Below are positions 1-13,562 of a stretch of 64,000 nt of DNA, piece after piece. The position numbers and the translations under genes were made by a program. The notes under the pieces were generated by a model that was not told the origin of the DNA, did no database searches, and saw only the letters and a list, made by a program, of their open reading frames with translations. Position 1 is the stretch's first letter. Every line of letters begins with the position of its first letter. Source of the DNA: Octopus sinensis (taxonomy: Eukaryota); assembly GCF_006345805.1 (NCBI RefSeq), contig NC_042998.1:149544001-149608000 (forward strand). Reading direction: 5' to 3'.

Positions 1-294
1 AACAGTTTTGGAGATGTTACATATGTGGAATTCATGGGGACTGGAGTTACAACTGGAAAGATGGTGTTAACAACGAATACAGGCATAGCAGCAGAACAGC
101 TGGAAAATATATAAGCATTATCACAGCTCTTCCTCAAATAAATAGTTGGAAATATTTCACCCGTTTAAGTTGGAATACCTGGGTGGAGAAATCATTGGTT
201 TACTACATCAAGGGGCTTCACTTGGAATTTATTGCTACAGTTTTTCTTGAGTTTCTTATTAGAATGTTTTTATTACTATTTTAACTCAGTCAAG

Positions 295-660
295 ACGGCA
301 GACTGGCTGAGTCGTTTAGGCGTCTGACGTAATTTTTTTATGTTAATTAATGTTCTGAGTTCAAATCATACCGATGCTAACTTTGCCTTTTATCATTCTG
401 GGGTTCATAGAATAAAGAACTACAGGTATCGTGTCTAAATCAAAAGTCGTTATTATTTTCAAACTCATTTGTGCAGAATCGTAACAGGCGTCGAATAAAA
501 TGCCGTGCGGTATTTCCTTCAGCATTTTACGTTGTGACTTCGAATAATTCCGAAGATGACTGTGCCTTTTATTCTTTCAGAGTCAATGAAATAAAGTATC
601 AGTGAAGTACTGGGATCGACCTATTCGCCTTAACGTTCCCATCAAAATTTGTGCCTCAAT
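295..660 (+). mobile_element. Two degenerate copies of tRNA-derived SINE family B
   Basis: GTTCTGAGTTCAAAT..ACTTTGCCTTT..ATC motif matches the copies at 19060-19540 and 34232-34374. Confidence 0.65.
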
Positions 661-1139
661 TCTTTCGACATTAGGCATCAATTATTTTAAAGATAACAAA
701 ATCTTAATTATTGAATGACAAAGGAACGAGAATTACAATCAACTGCATTAGCTTACGGCTGTTTCTATTGTAAGAAGCAATGCACTCAAAGCTTAGTGCT
801 TCTGCAAAATCTTTTTACTTTCTCGGAGACAATACATAATATGAAGAGCTGATTTTGTTCACACTACTGCGTGAAATTTCAGATCTCCAGTCTCAACTCA
901 TAAATTACTATTCAGTCTTAAAACGTAGTGCAACGTTTTTATGATGGTATCTAAAGTTACACTGTATAACGTAGTATTTAGATATAAGGAATCTGAAAAA
1001 TACCATCAACTATTATTATTCATATAGAGAGAAGAAAATTAATTGGGCTCTTACTCTGGAGGAAGAAGACGCGGTCTTTGGTACTGTGTAGTGTACATGT
1101 TTATGTATGTAAGCATGTATGCGTTTATAAATGCATATG

Positions 1140-1173
<34 letters not shown>

Positions 1174-1175
1174 TA

Positions 1176-1227
<52 letters not shown>

Positions 1228-1260
1228 TATATATTATATATATACATACATATATATATA

Positions 1261-1305
<45 letters not shown>

Positions 1306-1822
1306 TACATACACGCACATAAATACATAAATATTTACATGTATGTATATCAAACTAATAGTGAAAGGCTTATAGCAGACAGTTAAAGGAGAGAGAAAAA
1401 AAGCAGCCATTGATATACAAGCCATATTTATATAAAGGCTCAGTACGATTCCAGCTTGAAAAGGTTGATATCGCTCTTTTAGAAAATGCCACGGTCAAAC
1501 AAAACAAAACTAGTTCTAATCTTATATGACAACCCCCCCCCCCCCAAAAAAAAAGAAAAAACAAAAAAAACTGGAAAATAGAAAAATAAAAGGGAAAAGA
1601 AAAGAAACAGGACGTACAAAAAAAAGTCGTGTCTTACGATTGAGAACAGAACGGAGGCTTAAGAAGAATAGAAAAATCACAAATGCACAAGCAGGGACAA
1701 AAAGAATAAACAAAAAGGGTATCTTTCGATTTAAGAGAGAAACAAACATGTGTGTTTGTGTATTATAGATACGTACATATGTGTGTGTGTGTATGTATAT
1801 GTGTATGTATATGTGTATATAT

Positions 1823-1854
<32 letters not shown>

Positions 1855-1877
1855 CACATATATATATACACACACAC

Positions 1878-1919
<42 letters not shown>

Positions 1920-1924
1920 TATAT

Positions 1925-4900
1925 AAATCCTTAAATCCTTAAAAATGTTTTTGCCCGAAGGCCGCGGCCATGCTGGGGCACCACCGCTGAATGAGCTACA
2001 CTAATATGTGATTCCACTTCTGATACGTGGTCCTTGGTCAATAAGGGAGTTCGATGCCGCTGCCCGCATCTGTGTCTCCTGTCGTGAGGTAGGTTCATCT
2101 GGGACCCCCGACAAAAAGAGATCCAGATTAATTTTAAAGAAACCCACATCCACACCATGCAAGTCTCTCAGGCATTTAGGGAGGATGTTAAAGAGCTGTG
2201 TTCCTCTGAAACCCAAGCTGTTGCAGTATCTGGTCCTCTATTTTGATGGTGATGTTGGAATCTTTGGCACCATGCAATGGCGCCCCGTTCTGCGGTTGGG
2301 GTAACTTTGAATGCCAAATTTTGGGACAAGACCCTCCAGGATTTTCCAGATGTATATCACCGCATATCTCTCCCGCCTTCGCTCTAGGGAGAAGAGTTTT
2401 AATACTTTCAGTCTTTCCCAGTTGCTGATATGTTGCATTGAGACAATCTTCTTTGTGTAGCTTCTTTGAATTGCTTCGAGTTCTGCTGTTAGTTTTATAT
2501 TGTGTGGTGACCATATTTGGGAGCAGTAGTCCAAGCGGCTGAGGACGAAAGTTTTCCAGAGGACCATCAGTGTCTCCTTCGCTCTTGTTCTGAAAGTTCG
2601 GAGAATCCATCCAGCTAGCCGTCTGCATTTTATCACCAAATTAGTAATATGCAGTTGGAAAGATGCATCATTGCTCATGTCAATGCCCAGGTCACGCACT
2701 GATTTTGACTCCGAGATTGAAATTCTTCCTGGGCCAGTGTATCCAGTCTGCATGTCGTTTACCTTTGTGTGCCGGTAACTTACCTGCATTAAACTGCATG
2801 TTGTTGTCCTCAGCCCACCTGTATATTGTATCCAACTCCTGTTGCAGATGTGCAATATTTCCAGGGTTTTGTATTGTGTGGGAGATTTTTGTGTCATCTG
2901 CATAGCTAGCAAGGGTGGCTATCTTAACAACTGAAGGCATGTCTGAAAGGGCCACTATGAACAGCAGTGGCCCCCAAGACAGTGCCCTGTGGAACACCGC
3001 TTGTTATTTGTGTTTCCTTGGAGGTGGCTCCATTGGTCACAACTGCCTGCCTTCTATCTTTTAGGAAGTTGTGCAGCTACTCTCCAAGTTTTCCGCCTAT
3101 GCCGAGACCACCCAGTTTGTGACAAATCATACCGTGGTCGACTTTATCAAAGGCTTTTGCAAAGTCGAGATATATCACATCCACATTTGAGCCATTTAGT
3201 AGCTGTTTTAACACCCAGTCATAGTGTTGCAAGATCTGTGATAGGCAGCTTCTACCTGGTCGAAATCCATGCTAGGTGCCAGTCAGCAAGTCATTTTCTT
3301 CAAGGAACATGATTAGTTTCTTGCGGACTATTCGTTCCATGACTTTGCTGATGTGTGAGGTCAGAGAGATAGGCCTATAATTTTTAGCATCTGCTCTGCT
3401 TCCTCCCTTATGGATAGGGCATATTACCCCCTCTTTCAATTTGACTGGGCTCTTACCACTTGCAAAAAAGCTCTGAAAAAGAAGCTGTAGAGGTTTTTCA
3501 AGAGCTCGTTTTCACGATTTGAGAAGGATCACTGGAAATCCATCAGGTCCGGCAGCTGAGTTTGTGTCAATCTCATCTATGGCCAGTGTGATATCATCAT
3601 CTTCAATGTTGATGTACTCAATTTTTGCCTTTTTGGCCGCAGGTAAAGTGGCAAAGAATTGTTCTGAGTTGTTTACTTGCCTGTGTCCTAGAGGTGTAGT
3701 GAACACACTTTGGAACTGTTCGTTCAGTATTTCACTTATCCTAGTGGGATTTCCTGTGAGAGAGCCATCTTTTTGGAAGAGAGGTCCTATTCTCTGGTGC
3801 ACTGTGGCTGTCTCTTTGGCAAACTTAAAGAAAGCTTTAGGGTTTGACTCTATATTTTCTATTACCCAAGCTTCTTAAATCTGATCTCTCCTTTTCATGA
3901 GACTGATGCAGACTTTTCTCAATTTCCATTAGCATTCTTTCGAGCCGAGACTTCTCACCACTTTTGGTGTGCTTGCTCAGGCGGTTTGCAATCCTTGTCC
4001 GTCGTCTCATAAGAATCCTCCTTTCTCTAGGGATCCTGTTTTTGTTTTTGTCTGTGCCGTCCCTGCACACTGGGACATATTTGTCACATATGGCTTGTAT
4101 TATGGACATGAAGCGTTTGTGTTTCATGTTAATGTCTGGTGTGGAGAGACATTTAGGCCAATCCTGTTTGAGGATCTCTTTCTCGATCAACTTCCAATTT
4201 GCTTTATGAAAGTTAAAGTTGGAGAGATTGTGGATGCTTCGTATAGGCTGTGTGTCTGCGGGGGCTTTTGGTCCATACATAGACAGCTCTATTATGTTGT
4301 GATCCGAGATCATTGTCGGCATCACTTTAACATTATGGATAATATCTATATTGTTTGTGAAGCAGAGATCCAGTATATTATCTGCCCTTGTTGGTTGCAG
4401 CACTATTTGCTCCATGAAAGAGGCATTTGTGAGATGGAGCAGGGACTCTGCCTGTGCCTTCTGATGGTGTGTCATCCCTAGGAGCATCTACCCCCCCCCC
4501 AGGCCATTCCACATTGGGGAAGTTAAAGTCACCCATGAAGAATACACTGTTGTGTTGTTCCAGGTTGGTGAGAACTTCTATTTTTGTTAGGCAGTCTTCA
4601 AACATGCCTGAGTGATTTGGGGCATCCGGTGGTCGATATGTAGTACATATGATGATATTCAGTTGTCTTATGTGTTCAATTTGAGTGTCACACACTGAGT
4701 TTGAATATGACATCAGGACCTGGGATGTGAGGTCATCTCGGATGTACATTGCAACTCCACCATGGCTCCTACCTTTTCTATCTGAGCGTAAGACAGCATA
4801 TTGCGTATGTGTATTTCTGCATCCCCTATATCGGGTCCAAGATGTGTTTCTATGAGTGCCATGCATATAGCTTGATTGCATGCCACAAGGTCTCTCAGGA

Positions 4901-5514
4901 ATGAGATTTTCCTTTTACAGTTGCCGCCAACAGCCCTCCTACGTTCAGTAGAAATATTTTTGTGGTGTGTGTATTGGTGTCTGTGGTGGCCATCCTGAAT
5001 CTGTTGGTGGTGGCCTTATGTGGTGGTCGTTCCAGCTTTGTGTTTGTAGCCAGGTCAGCTGCTGAGCAATTTTTTGTGCCATGCACAAAAAAGATTGCTG
5101 TTCAGCTGCTGCCCTTCTCACATCTGGGTGAAGCTGGCCATTTGTTCGCGCACTACATATGCATAACGTCTTTCAGGAGTGGTCAGCGCGCCATTTTTCC
5201 TTCGTTTATATTTTTCTTTATCGTTTTGTTCTCCCCGAGGGAGGGATTTTTGTCTTGTGTCCATGCGGTTTTGGCAGGGCTTCTGATGTGCAAAACGACA
5301 GTTTGCACCTTCGACGCCATGCCAGCGGTCTCTTTTTAGGTAGAATTTGCAGATGTTTCTGCTTTTGCCCTTATAGTTCTTGCTGGGGTTCTTCTGTTTT
5401 TTCTGAACAGTGTTTGTTTTAGTTTTCTTGTCTTTTACTTCTTGTTTTCCGTCGATTTTAGGGTGCTTTCCTTTTTTTTTTGTGGCCATCGCACCTCTTT
5501 AGTCTTCAGTTGTG
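1925..5514 (-). mobile_element. Near-full-length, frameshifted CR1-type non-LTR retrotransposon (short basic ORF1 with CCCH-like finger, APE endonuclease, reverse transcriptase)
   Basis: Minus-strand ORF pieces carry APE motifs (LLNVGGL, RKGRSHGGVAMYI, YRPP, GDFNFP, NILDLCFTN, SDHNII) and RT motifs (SAAGPDG, GPLLFIV, YADDTK, LDYCSQIWSPH). The 3' end has 8-bp TTTAAGGA repeats. (TA)n flanks both ends. Confidence 0.92.
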
Positions 5515-5525
5515 TATATATATAT

Positions 5526-5595
<70 letters not shown>

Positions 5596-5598
<3 letters not shown>

Positions 5599-6480
5599 GG
5601 ACCAAAAACGCAATAGAGCGCATTAAAACATTCGGACAGATAGGCGATACAAAGGCAGACAAGAGAAACAACACTTAGAAGGACAGGCAAAAAAAGACGG
5701 GTCATTCTTGGCTTTCTTTCATCAGTCAAGTCCCAGTAGTCACAACCATTTCGGGCAATTACACTTGAGATGGTTCGATCTGGTTCGATCTGGTTCCTCC
5801 CACCCGCAAGTCTAAACTAAGAGCATTAGACCCCTTAGTAAGAAAGCTAGCGAATGTGTACGGCAACAAAGACAAAAAAGAAAAAAAACGGAGAATATGG
5901 TACACAATTACGAATACAAACAACGAGAAATAATAATAGGCGTCTTTTGACTCAGAACGAATCAAATTGAGCTGGCGTGTATGAAGTGAAACCCTAAACG
6001 CAGGAACATGAGAGATGAACAGAAGAGGTGTTGGTGGTCGGTAGTCAGGCCAAGAAAGAAAGTTCATGGCTGGCCTGACACCGGTTACGTGGAAGGAGGA
6101 GAGATGGGTAGGGGGCAGCGGGTTTGAAAGAGTAGAAAAAAATCAGATACGAAGATAGGCAAGGGAAATGTCTCAAGTCGTATACAATAATTATTATAGG
6201 AAGAAATTCAAAATCTTACAGCCGTATTTGTCATCAGAGACAAATAGGGGAAAATAAGGAAAATGAGAATGGTATATATTAATGAGATGATGACATAGAG
6301 GAAGGGGGGGTAACAGAATAAGGGGATGGAAAGAAAGAAGTAAAAAGAAGCATAAAAGTTCATAGTTCAACTTACCTCCATAACTATCGTCTCGGCTACA
6401 ACCTTGGAGCCCTAGTAATCCGTTACAGAACTTACCTAGAGCACCTAATAGTTTAGATCACCTGTGAACTAAACCTCCAT

Positions 6481-6485
<5 letters not shown>
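5596..6485 (-). repeat. Non-coding element flanked by (TA)n, possibly a Penelope-type pseudo-LTR relic
   Basis: Bounded by (TA)n. The minus strand has two AG|GTAAGT donor-like sites (about 6375 and 6435) and CTGATGA motifs (about 5720 and 6230) without a complete hammerhead. Confidence 0.3.
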
Positions 6486-6523
<38 letters not shown>

Positions 6524-6550
6524 GCACACATACATACATACATACATACA

Positions 6551-6586
<36 letters not shown>

Positions 6587-6665
6587 TATATACATACATA
6601 CATTCATACATACATACATACATACATACATACATACATACATACATACATACATACATGCATAC

Positions 6666-6698
<33 letters not shown>

Positions 6699-6947
6699 CA
6701 CATACACAAAAATTCTATAATTATAAGCATAATTATAATTAGGGTTCAGCAAATTGCTTCACCACATACCGAAATTTAGAAATAGCAGTTAAATACTATC
6801 ATCGACCATAAGATATCTCCCAGACAACTATATTTTTAATTCACGTAGGTAAAGAGAAAAAAAATAACGAACTCACCCGGCTTTGATCAACCATATACGC
6901 GTTTCTGGATAAAAGAGATAGATGTAAAAGTTTTAGTTTTACTCAGA

Positions 6948-6996
<49 letters not shown>

Positions 6997-7344
6997 CGTC
7001 ATCACCGTGACCGACCAGGATATCAGATGCTGCTGCACATCGCTGGTCACAATGCGTTTCGCATTGTTTTAGCCTTCAAATGACGCCACCCCGCTGGCTA
7101 AGCGAGCAGGCCAATATATATATATATATGTGTGTGTGTGTTTGTGTGTGTACATACATATATATATACAAAATGGGACAAGAACGCAAAACATCCGGAC
7201 AGTTATGTGCGTGTGTGCGTATGCACCGGTTGCAATTCATATGGGTTAGGGAATCGGCATATATAGATGAAAGAGCTTACAGTATATAGTAGAAACATGG
7301 AGATTAATTATGGATATAGTTAGAGGTGGTTTCGACTAATTACG

Positions 7345-7720
7345 TAACACATGTTTATCAAAATATTTACATTTTCCGAAAATTAAGAATCTAAGTTTTT
7401 AATACAATGTTGCGCAAATTTTCAAGGACAATGCTTCTCTCGGTTTGTGCAAAGATCAAATTTATACTTTCTTTCCATTCATTCTTTTAAGTTCTGTTTC
7501 GTTAAAGAAATTCCGTTTGATGTTATAATTGGAAGCACTTTCCTTTTATGGTGCAACAGTAGTCGGATACTTTAATAACATCTGTGTCTTCGATATTTCT
7601 AAAAGAGTAAATATGATTGAAAAACCTTTGTTTGAGCTCACCGGCTGTCGTACCTGTAAAGCATTTATATACCATGTACTTGTGGAAGTGAATTTATCTA
7701 TTACTAGATCCACTTCGTGG
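7345..7720 (-). pseudogene. Decayed GIY-YIG endonuclease C-terminal region of a Penelope-like element
   Basis: Manual minus-strand translation gives GTTAGELKQRFFNHIYSFRN..VSDYCCTIK..NYNIK..DLC..EK..FGKCKYFDKH. This resembles the PLE pattern YIGST..FK.R..NH..SFRN..LS.Y.W.LK..CNLC..EK..KCRH. Confidence 0.6.
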
Positions 7721-8239
7721 ACATGAGTTGGCATGTGGTTATTCTTAAAATAGCCCCTGCCTCACTCTCTCACTCACTCATTCACTCACTCACACACTCA
7801 CTCATAATTAAATGAATAAATAAATAAATAAATCAGCAGATAAAAAAACTACCGAGTTATTAACTTGTACATCTCAAGGTCCAGCCCAACAAATGTGCCG
7901 GGCCATCCTTCGGCTTTTACTAGCGCTACTGCAATGGCTTCTATTCCTCAAGACTAATGAGTTGCCCACCACCTCTACCCAACCACAGCCAACACACATT
8001 AATTACTTTTCCAAATCTTTCCTCGCCTGAGTAACACTGCCCCCGAAAATTCTCGGTTAACATGCAAGTAAGTATCATAAAAAGTGAAAGTAAATAGACC
8101 GGAAGTGACGAAAATACCATCCAATAATTTTAAGTAAACAATGTATGTAATCGATGTATAGAACGTACTTATATTTTATATATGAAAATCACACACACAC
8201 ACACACACACACACACGAAAATAATCACCTTTATGCTGG

Positions 8240-8468
8240 GTATAGGTGAATGTATGGGTGTTTGATTAAGAAGCTAGTGGTTTTGGGTTCAGTCTAACTG
8301 CGTTGCACTTTGGACAAATGTTTTCTACTATGATCACAGACCCACCAAACATTTGAGAATAAATTTGGCAGACGGAACTGTGGAAGCCTATATATATGTG
8401 TGTGTGTATAAATATAGGTTTTGCTCCAGCATGGCCACAGTCAAATGACTGAAGCAAGTAACAGAATA
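8240..8468 (+). mobile_element. SINE family A (tRNA head, CORE-like segment, internal microsatellite, CR1-like tail), degenerate
   Basis: GGGTTCAGTC..TTGGACAAATGTTTTCTACTAT head and CTCCAGCATGGCCACAGTCAAATGACTG tail. Confidence 0.75.
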
Positions 8469-8476
8469 TATATATA

Positions 8477-9620
8477 TACTAGCTGAAGGTGACCCGCTCT
8501 ACGCGCAGGTAAGAGTGTGGTTGTTACTTTCTGTTGCTTCCTTTCAGCACGTAAAAAGCACCATCCGAACGTGGCCGATTGCAGCGCCGCCTTGACTGGC
8601 TTCTGTGCCAGTGGCATGTAAAAAGCACCAACCGACCGTTGCCGCTGCGAGCCCCCCTGGCACCTGTGCCGGCGGCACGAAAAAAGCACCCACTACACTC
8701 ACAGAGTGGTTGGCGTTAGGAAGGTCATCCACCTGTAGAAACACTGCCAGATCAGACTGGAGCCTGGTGCAGCCTCCTGGCTTCCCAGATCCCGGTCAAA
8801 CTGTCCAACCCGTGCTAGGTCGGAAAACGGACGTTAAACCATGATGATGATGATTCTCCGTCTTTGTTTCTCTCTCCTTTCTCTCTCACTTTCCCACTCT
8901 CTTACTTTTCTTTTCTCTCGGACTCTCCCTCGCTTTCTCTTACTCTCTATCTTTATCTATCTCTCTCCCATTTATAAACAACAGAAGATCTTGAGTAAGT
9001 TGAGAAATAAAATATTTAGAAAGATCAATCATAAATATCAGGCAGTGGCAACGGAAAGGTCTGCTTCAAGGCAGACAGCAAAACGCTAACATTTAAAAGG
9101 GACAGACGAACTTGCGAGCTGAATAAAAATAATAAAATATTGGAAACCAAAGTTTGAAGGGATAGAATCTGAGGATAGTAGAGTCACCATGGCTGGCATT
9201 TCTTAACGACGGACAACAACGTATTGACAGTTTAACGACTGGCGTAAAATGTTGAACTTGATGTAAAAGAAAATTCGTAAACACCAAGTTTTGAAGTGAT
9301 TCTTTCTCACGACAGTAGACTCACCATGGCAAGCATTCAAAACTTCTTTATCATGGACGGCAACACATTGACGATTAAAAGGCTGGTGCAAATTTTTTTA
9401 GCTTGATGTAACAGAGAATTCCTAAACACCCACTCCTTTAAATTTTAATCCCCTTCCAGCCCCATTTAGACCCCTTTTCACATTTTGGTTAATATAACCC
9501 GATTTCATTCGGGTCTACTGGGGCCACATTTTATAAGATGAGGAATTTTGTCCTAGAGGTCACGCCTTTCATTTGAGGAAAAAAATAGTTGTCATGCAAA
9601 CTTGCCAGCACTTTTAACAT
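8477..9620 (+). mobile_element. Helentron-associated (HINE/DINE-1-like) non-autonomous element with internal tandem repeat of about 137 bp
   Basis: Starts TACTAGC..ACCCGCTCTACGCGCAGGT, a short imperfect hairpin typical of HINE 5' ends. Tandem units lie at about 9174-9285 and 9311-9430. A SINE interrupts the element. Confidence 0.45.
8548..8855 (+). mobile_element. 5'-truncated SINE (family C) with internal repeats of about 70 bp and a (GAT)n tail
   Basis: Three AAAAAGCACC-anchored units, then GGTTGGCGTTAGGAAGG..CATCC..GTAGAAAC, then GGACGTTAAAC followed by (GAT)n. Confidence 0.65.
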
Positions 9621-10251
9621 AGGTGTGCATATTTTCAGCTGAATCGACCGACTACGTAATGCACACATTATATATGTATATATATATATGTATATATATG
9701 TGTGTGTGTGTGTGTGTGCACGCATTATATATACAAATGTATACAAATGAGATATATATCTGTATAAATCAAATTAGAGATAAAACCACTAATAGGCAAA
9801 TCAAACAGTGAAAAACCAAAGACAAAAACATTAAAAAAAATATAATATAGAAAATATAGAAAATATAAAATTGAAAAATTTAAATTATTTAAATTGAAAA
9901 TAAAAATTATTAAATTATATTTATAATTTGTTTAAAATATATATAACTATGAAAAAGTATGAAAAAGTTTAATATACATAAATACAGATATATACACTTT
10001 GTATATATACATTATATGTACATATTTATATATAGAACACACACACACATACATTATATATACATATTTATATATAGAACACACAGACACATATAAATGA
10101 ACGCAAGAATATCTGATTCATAATATTTGTTCTCATGCTCGTGTGTTGTTGGTGACAGACAGATACTTAAAAGAACGTCGCCGAAGTGATGGGAAGGTAG
10201 GAAACAGAGTCAGTGAAAAAGAGAGGAAATAGCGAGAGTGACAGATACTTT

Positions 10252-10341
10252 CGCACTGGGGTCGATGTAATCGACATAATACCTATGTCTGTCCTTGTTT
10301 GTCCCCTCTATGTTTAGCCCCTTGTGGGTCATAAAGAAATA
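10252..10341 (+). mobile_element. 5'-truncated SINE family B with 9-bp target-site duplication
   Basis: AGATACTTT at 10243-10251 and 10342-10350 flanks a copy of the family-B 3' end. Confidence 0.85.
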
Positions 10342-10939
10342 AGATACTTTAAATAACGGTAGTGGAATTGTGAAAGTTATAAGTGAAGAGGAGTGAGAGG
10401 GTAATAGAGGAAATAGCGTGAGTGAAGAAGATGGCCCCTAGCAACCACACCTTTTAAGATAGGGATTTCTAAGGTAGCCCACGAGCATCGTCACCCCATT
10501 CTACATGTCCCTGTAAATTTTGGAGCGAATCGGACGGGACGTAGTGGCATTGAAAGCGATCCAAGCGGTAAAAACGCATTTCAGTTTTATATATATACAT
10601 ATATATATATCAGTTCTACAGGAGAGTTTCCATTGCTTTACTTACACGGTTTGTCTTGTCTCAAGGGTCAACGACCTCTATTTTGTTTGTGTGTTTACAT
10701 TTGTGCCTGTGCCGCATTTTTTTTTTGTTTCCTTCACTCTCATCAAGCGTCACTCATTATTTCCAGCAGCTATTCGCTGTTGACACCACCAACAATGAAT
10801 GACATTATAATTAAAGGCGTGGAATTGCAAGGGTTTGTTTGGAACGATAAATGACAAGAAAATAGCATGTCCATGTCTCATGTGTGAATTTCAGTTCGTT
10901 TCTTTGACGTGCTTTCTGTTTAATTTTTGAAACTTATAC

Positions 10940-11111
10940 ATAGGTGCAGACGTGGCTGTGTGGTGAGAAGTTTGCTTCCCTATCATATGGTTCCGGGTTC
11001 AGCCCCACTACGTGGATTCATGGGAAAGTGTCTTCTACTATATTCTCGGACCGACCAAAGCGTTGTGAGTGGATTTGGTAGATGGTAGACAGAAATTGAA
11101 AGAAGTCTGTC

Positions 11112-11157
<46 letters not shown>

Positions 11158-11965
11158 ATGTGCGTGTGTGTGTGTGTGTGTTTGTGTCTGTGTCTGTGCT
11201 TGTCCCCCATCATAGCTTGACAACCGTTGTGCTTACGTCCCCATAACTTAGCGGTTCGGTAAAAGACATATGAAATAAGTTCTAGGTCCATTTGTTCGAC
11301 TAAGACTCTTCAGGGTGGAGCCCCAGCATCACCGCAGTGAAATGACTGAAACAAGTACAATTATAAAAACAATACATACAAGCCAAGGCGTGGCTCTGTG
11401 GTAGGTAGCTTGCTTACCGACCACACGGTTCCAGGTTTAGTCCCACTGCGCGGCACCTTGGGCAACTGTCTTTTACTATAGCCTCGGGCCAACCAAAGAC
11501 TTGTGAGTGGATTTGGTAGACGGAAACTGAAAGAAGCTCGTCGTATATGTGTGTGTTTGTGTGTCTCTGCCCCTCAGCATCGCTTGATAACCGATGCTGG
11601 TGTGTTCACATCCTCTTAATCTAGCTGTTCGTCAAAAGAGACCGATAGGATAAGTACTAGGTTTACAAAGAATAAGTCCTAGGGTCGACTTCCTCGACTA
11701 AAGGCGGTGCTCCAGCATGGCCGCAGTCAAATGACTGAAACAAATAAAAAATAAAAGAATATGTATATATGTAAAGTGGAAGAACATATAAATTTTTTGG
11801 GGGGGTTGACCCCCCCCCACCTTCCTTTGACAACCGGTCTTGGTTTGTTGTCTTTCCATAATTTAGTGAGAGACTGGTAAATAAATAGCAGATAAAATCT
11901 AGGGTCGAGATGTTCAGAATGTTGCTCCAGCATGACCGCAGTCCAGCGACTGAAATAAATAAGGC
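10940..11965 (+). mobile_element. Cluster of SINE family A (two full copies and one tail fragment)
   Basis: Heads GTGGCTGTGTGGT..GGTTC..GTCCCACTGCG..CCTTGGGCAA at about 10945 and 11388. Tails CCAGCAT(G/C)(G/A)CCGCAGT..GACTGAAA at about 11330, 11715 and 11930. Confidence 0.85.
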
Positions 11966-13207
11966 ATAATTGTTAGTACGTTGCAACGGTGTGTCTCAGC
12001 TGCTATTTCTGAAATAATTAAGGTATCACTAGAAGGCGCTCTATACAAATATGTGCTTGCAGGTACGGCATAATAAGGGGGTCTCTTTATGTTCTCGTTA
12101 TGGAATTATGGGGTGTCATTGTAGGAATTTACTTTCACTTTCTTCGGATGCTAAACTGCATGTTAAGCGAATTCCCATCAAGGGGCGTATCGCAACGACG
12201 AGGCTGTTCCAGACAAATATTAAGCGAATCAATCGCACCAGTCGTGTAGAGCTTGCAGCAGAGACGATGGTTGCTGTCCCTCCCTTCTGAATAAATAAAA
12301 AAATCAAATGTCATAAGGAAAAAAAATAAAGGAAAGCAAGAGCACATAAAAAATATAAAACATAAAAACATAAAAAAATATTCCTAAAACGGTCGGAAAA
12401 TAGCGTCAAAGCATCAAAAACACGAGAACAATAACAACAGCAGCAACAACATCAAGAACAACAATAACAACACAAACCAGCTGACAAACCACCACAAAAA
12501 CAAACAAAAAAACTAAACAGAAGCAACAGCAGCACCAACAACAGCAGTAGTAGTAACAGCAGAGAACGACGCCACTATCAACAAGAACAATAGCTATAAC
12601 AACAGCAGGAACAAGAACAACACGGTCACTGAAAAAAAAAAAAGAACAACAGCAGCACCAACAACAGCGTCATCATCATTATCAGCGGTAGCAGCAGCAG
12701 CAGCAGCAGAAGTATCGCCTGTCGCCAAAAGATTGTAGTGGCGTCGTTAATGTGATAAAGCGAGGAGATGAAACGACGTCGACGGCGGCGGCAGCGGAGG
12801 TGGTGGCGGTGTTGGACTGTAAAGGCAGAGAAAAGAGGAGGATAGAGGTGGTGCTTGTGATTGGGTTTCAAGTACGTCTCGTGTGTGAATGTGTCTGTGT
12901 GTATGTATCTGCTTTCGTGTGTGTGTGTATGTGTGTATGTGTATGTGTGTGTGTGCGTGCGTGTGTGTGTGTGTGTGTATGAGTTTCTATGTTCTTGTCT
13001 TTTAAGTGCTTGTGTGCGTTTATATGCGGTTGTATTTGTGTGTTTAGTATGCGTGTATATATATGTGTGTGTGTGTGTGTGCGTATGCATGCATAGACAC
13101 ATATGCATGCATATGGACAAGTGTGTACTTAATGAAAATATATAATATTTACACTTACACACTTACACACACACACACACACACACACCCAACACAACAC
13201 AGATATA

Positions 13208-13260
<53 letters not shown>

Positions 13261-13501
13261 CGTATGTATATATACATTTACACACACATATGCTTTCACA
13301 CACACATGCATGTATGTATGTATGTATATATACACCAGGGAGACTATATGATGATACACCAGAAATAGATAGGTGTCAGTGAACATATTAATATATGCGG
13401 TGCGTATGGGAATACCTCTATGACTTACATTAGTGTGTGAGTGTGAGAGACACAGGAGCTGTATGAAATAAATTATGCATATCTGTCTGTCTGTCTGACT
13501 G

Positions 13502-13562
<61 letters not shown>

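Noticed and set aside
3-284. Plus-strand open frame with CYICGIHGDWSYNW resembling a zinc knuckle
   Set aside because: Two of four ligands are wrong and there is no other gag similarity. It may be the antisense shadow of a minus-strand exon.
750-6910. Half-hammerhead strings at about 750-830, 6214-6240 and 6893-6906
   Set aside because: Each lacks one of the two core boxes and is too decayed to call.
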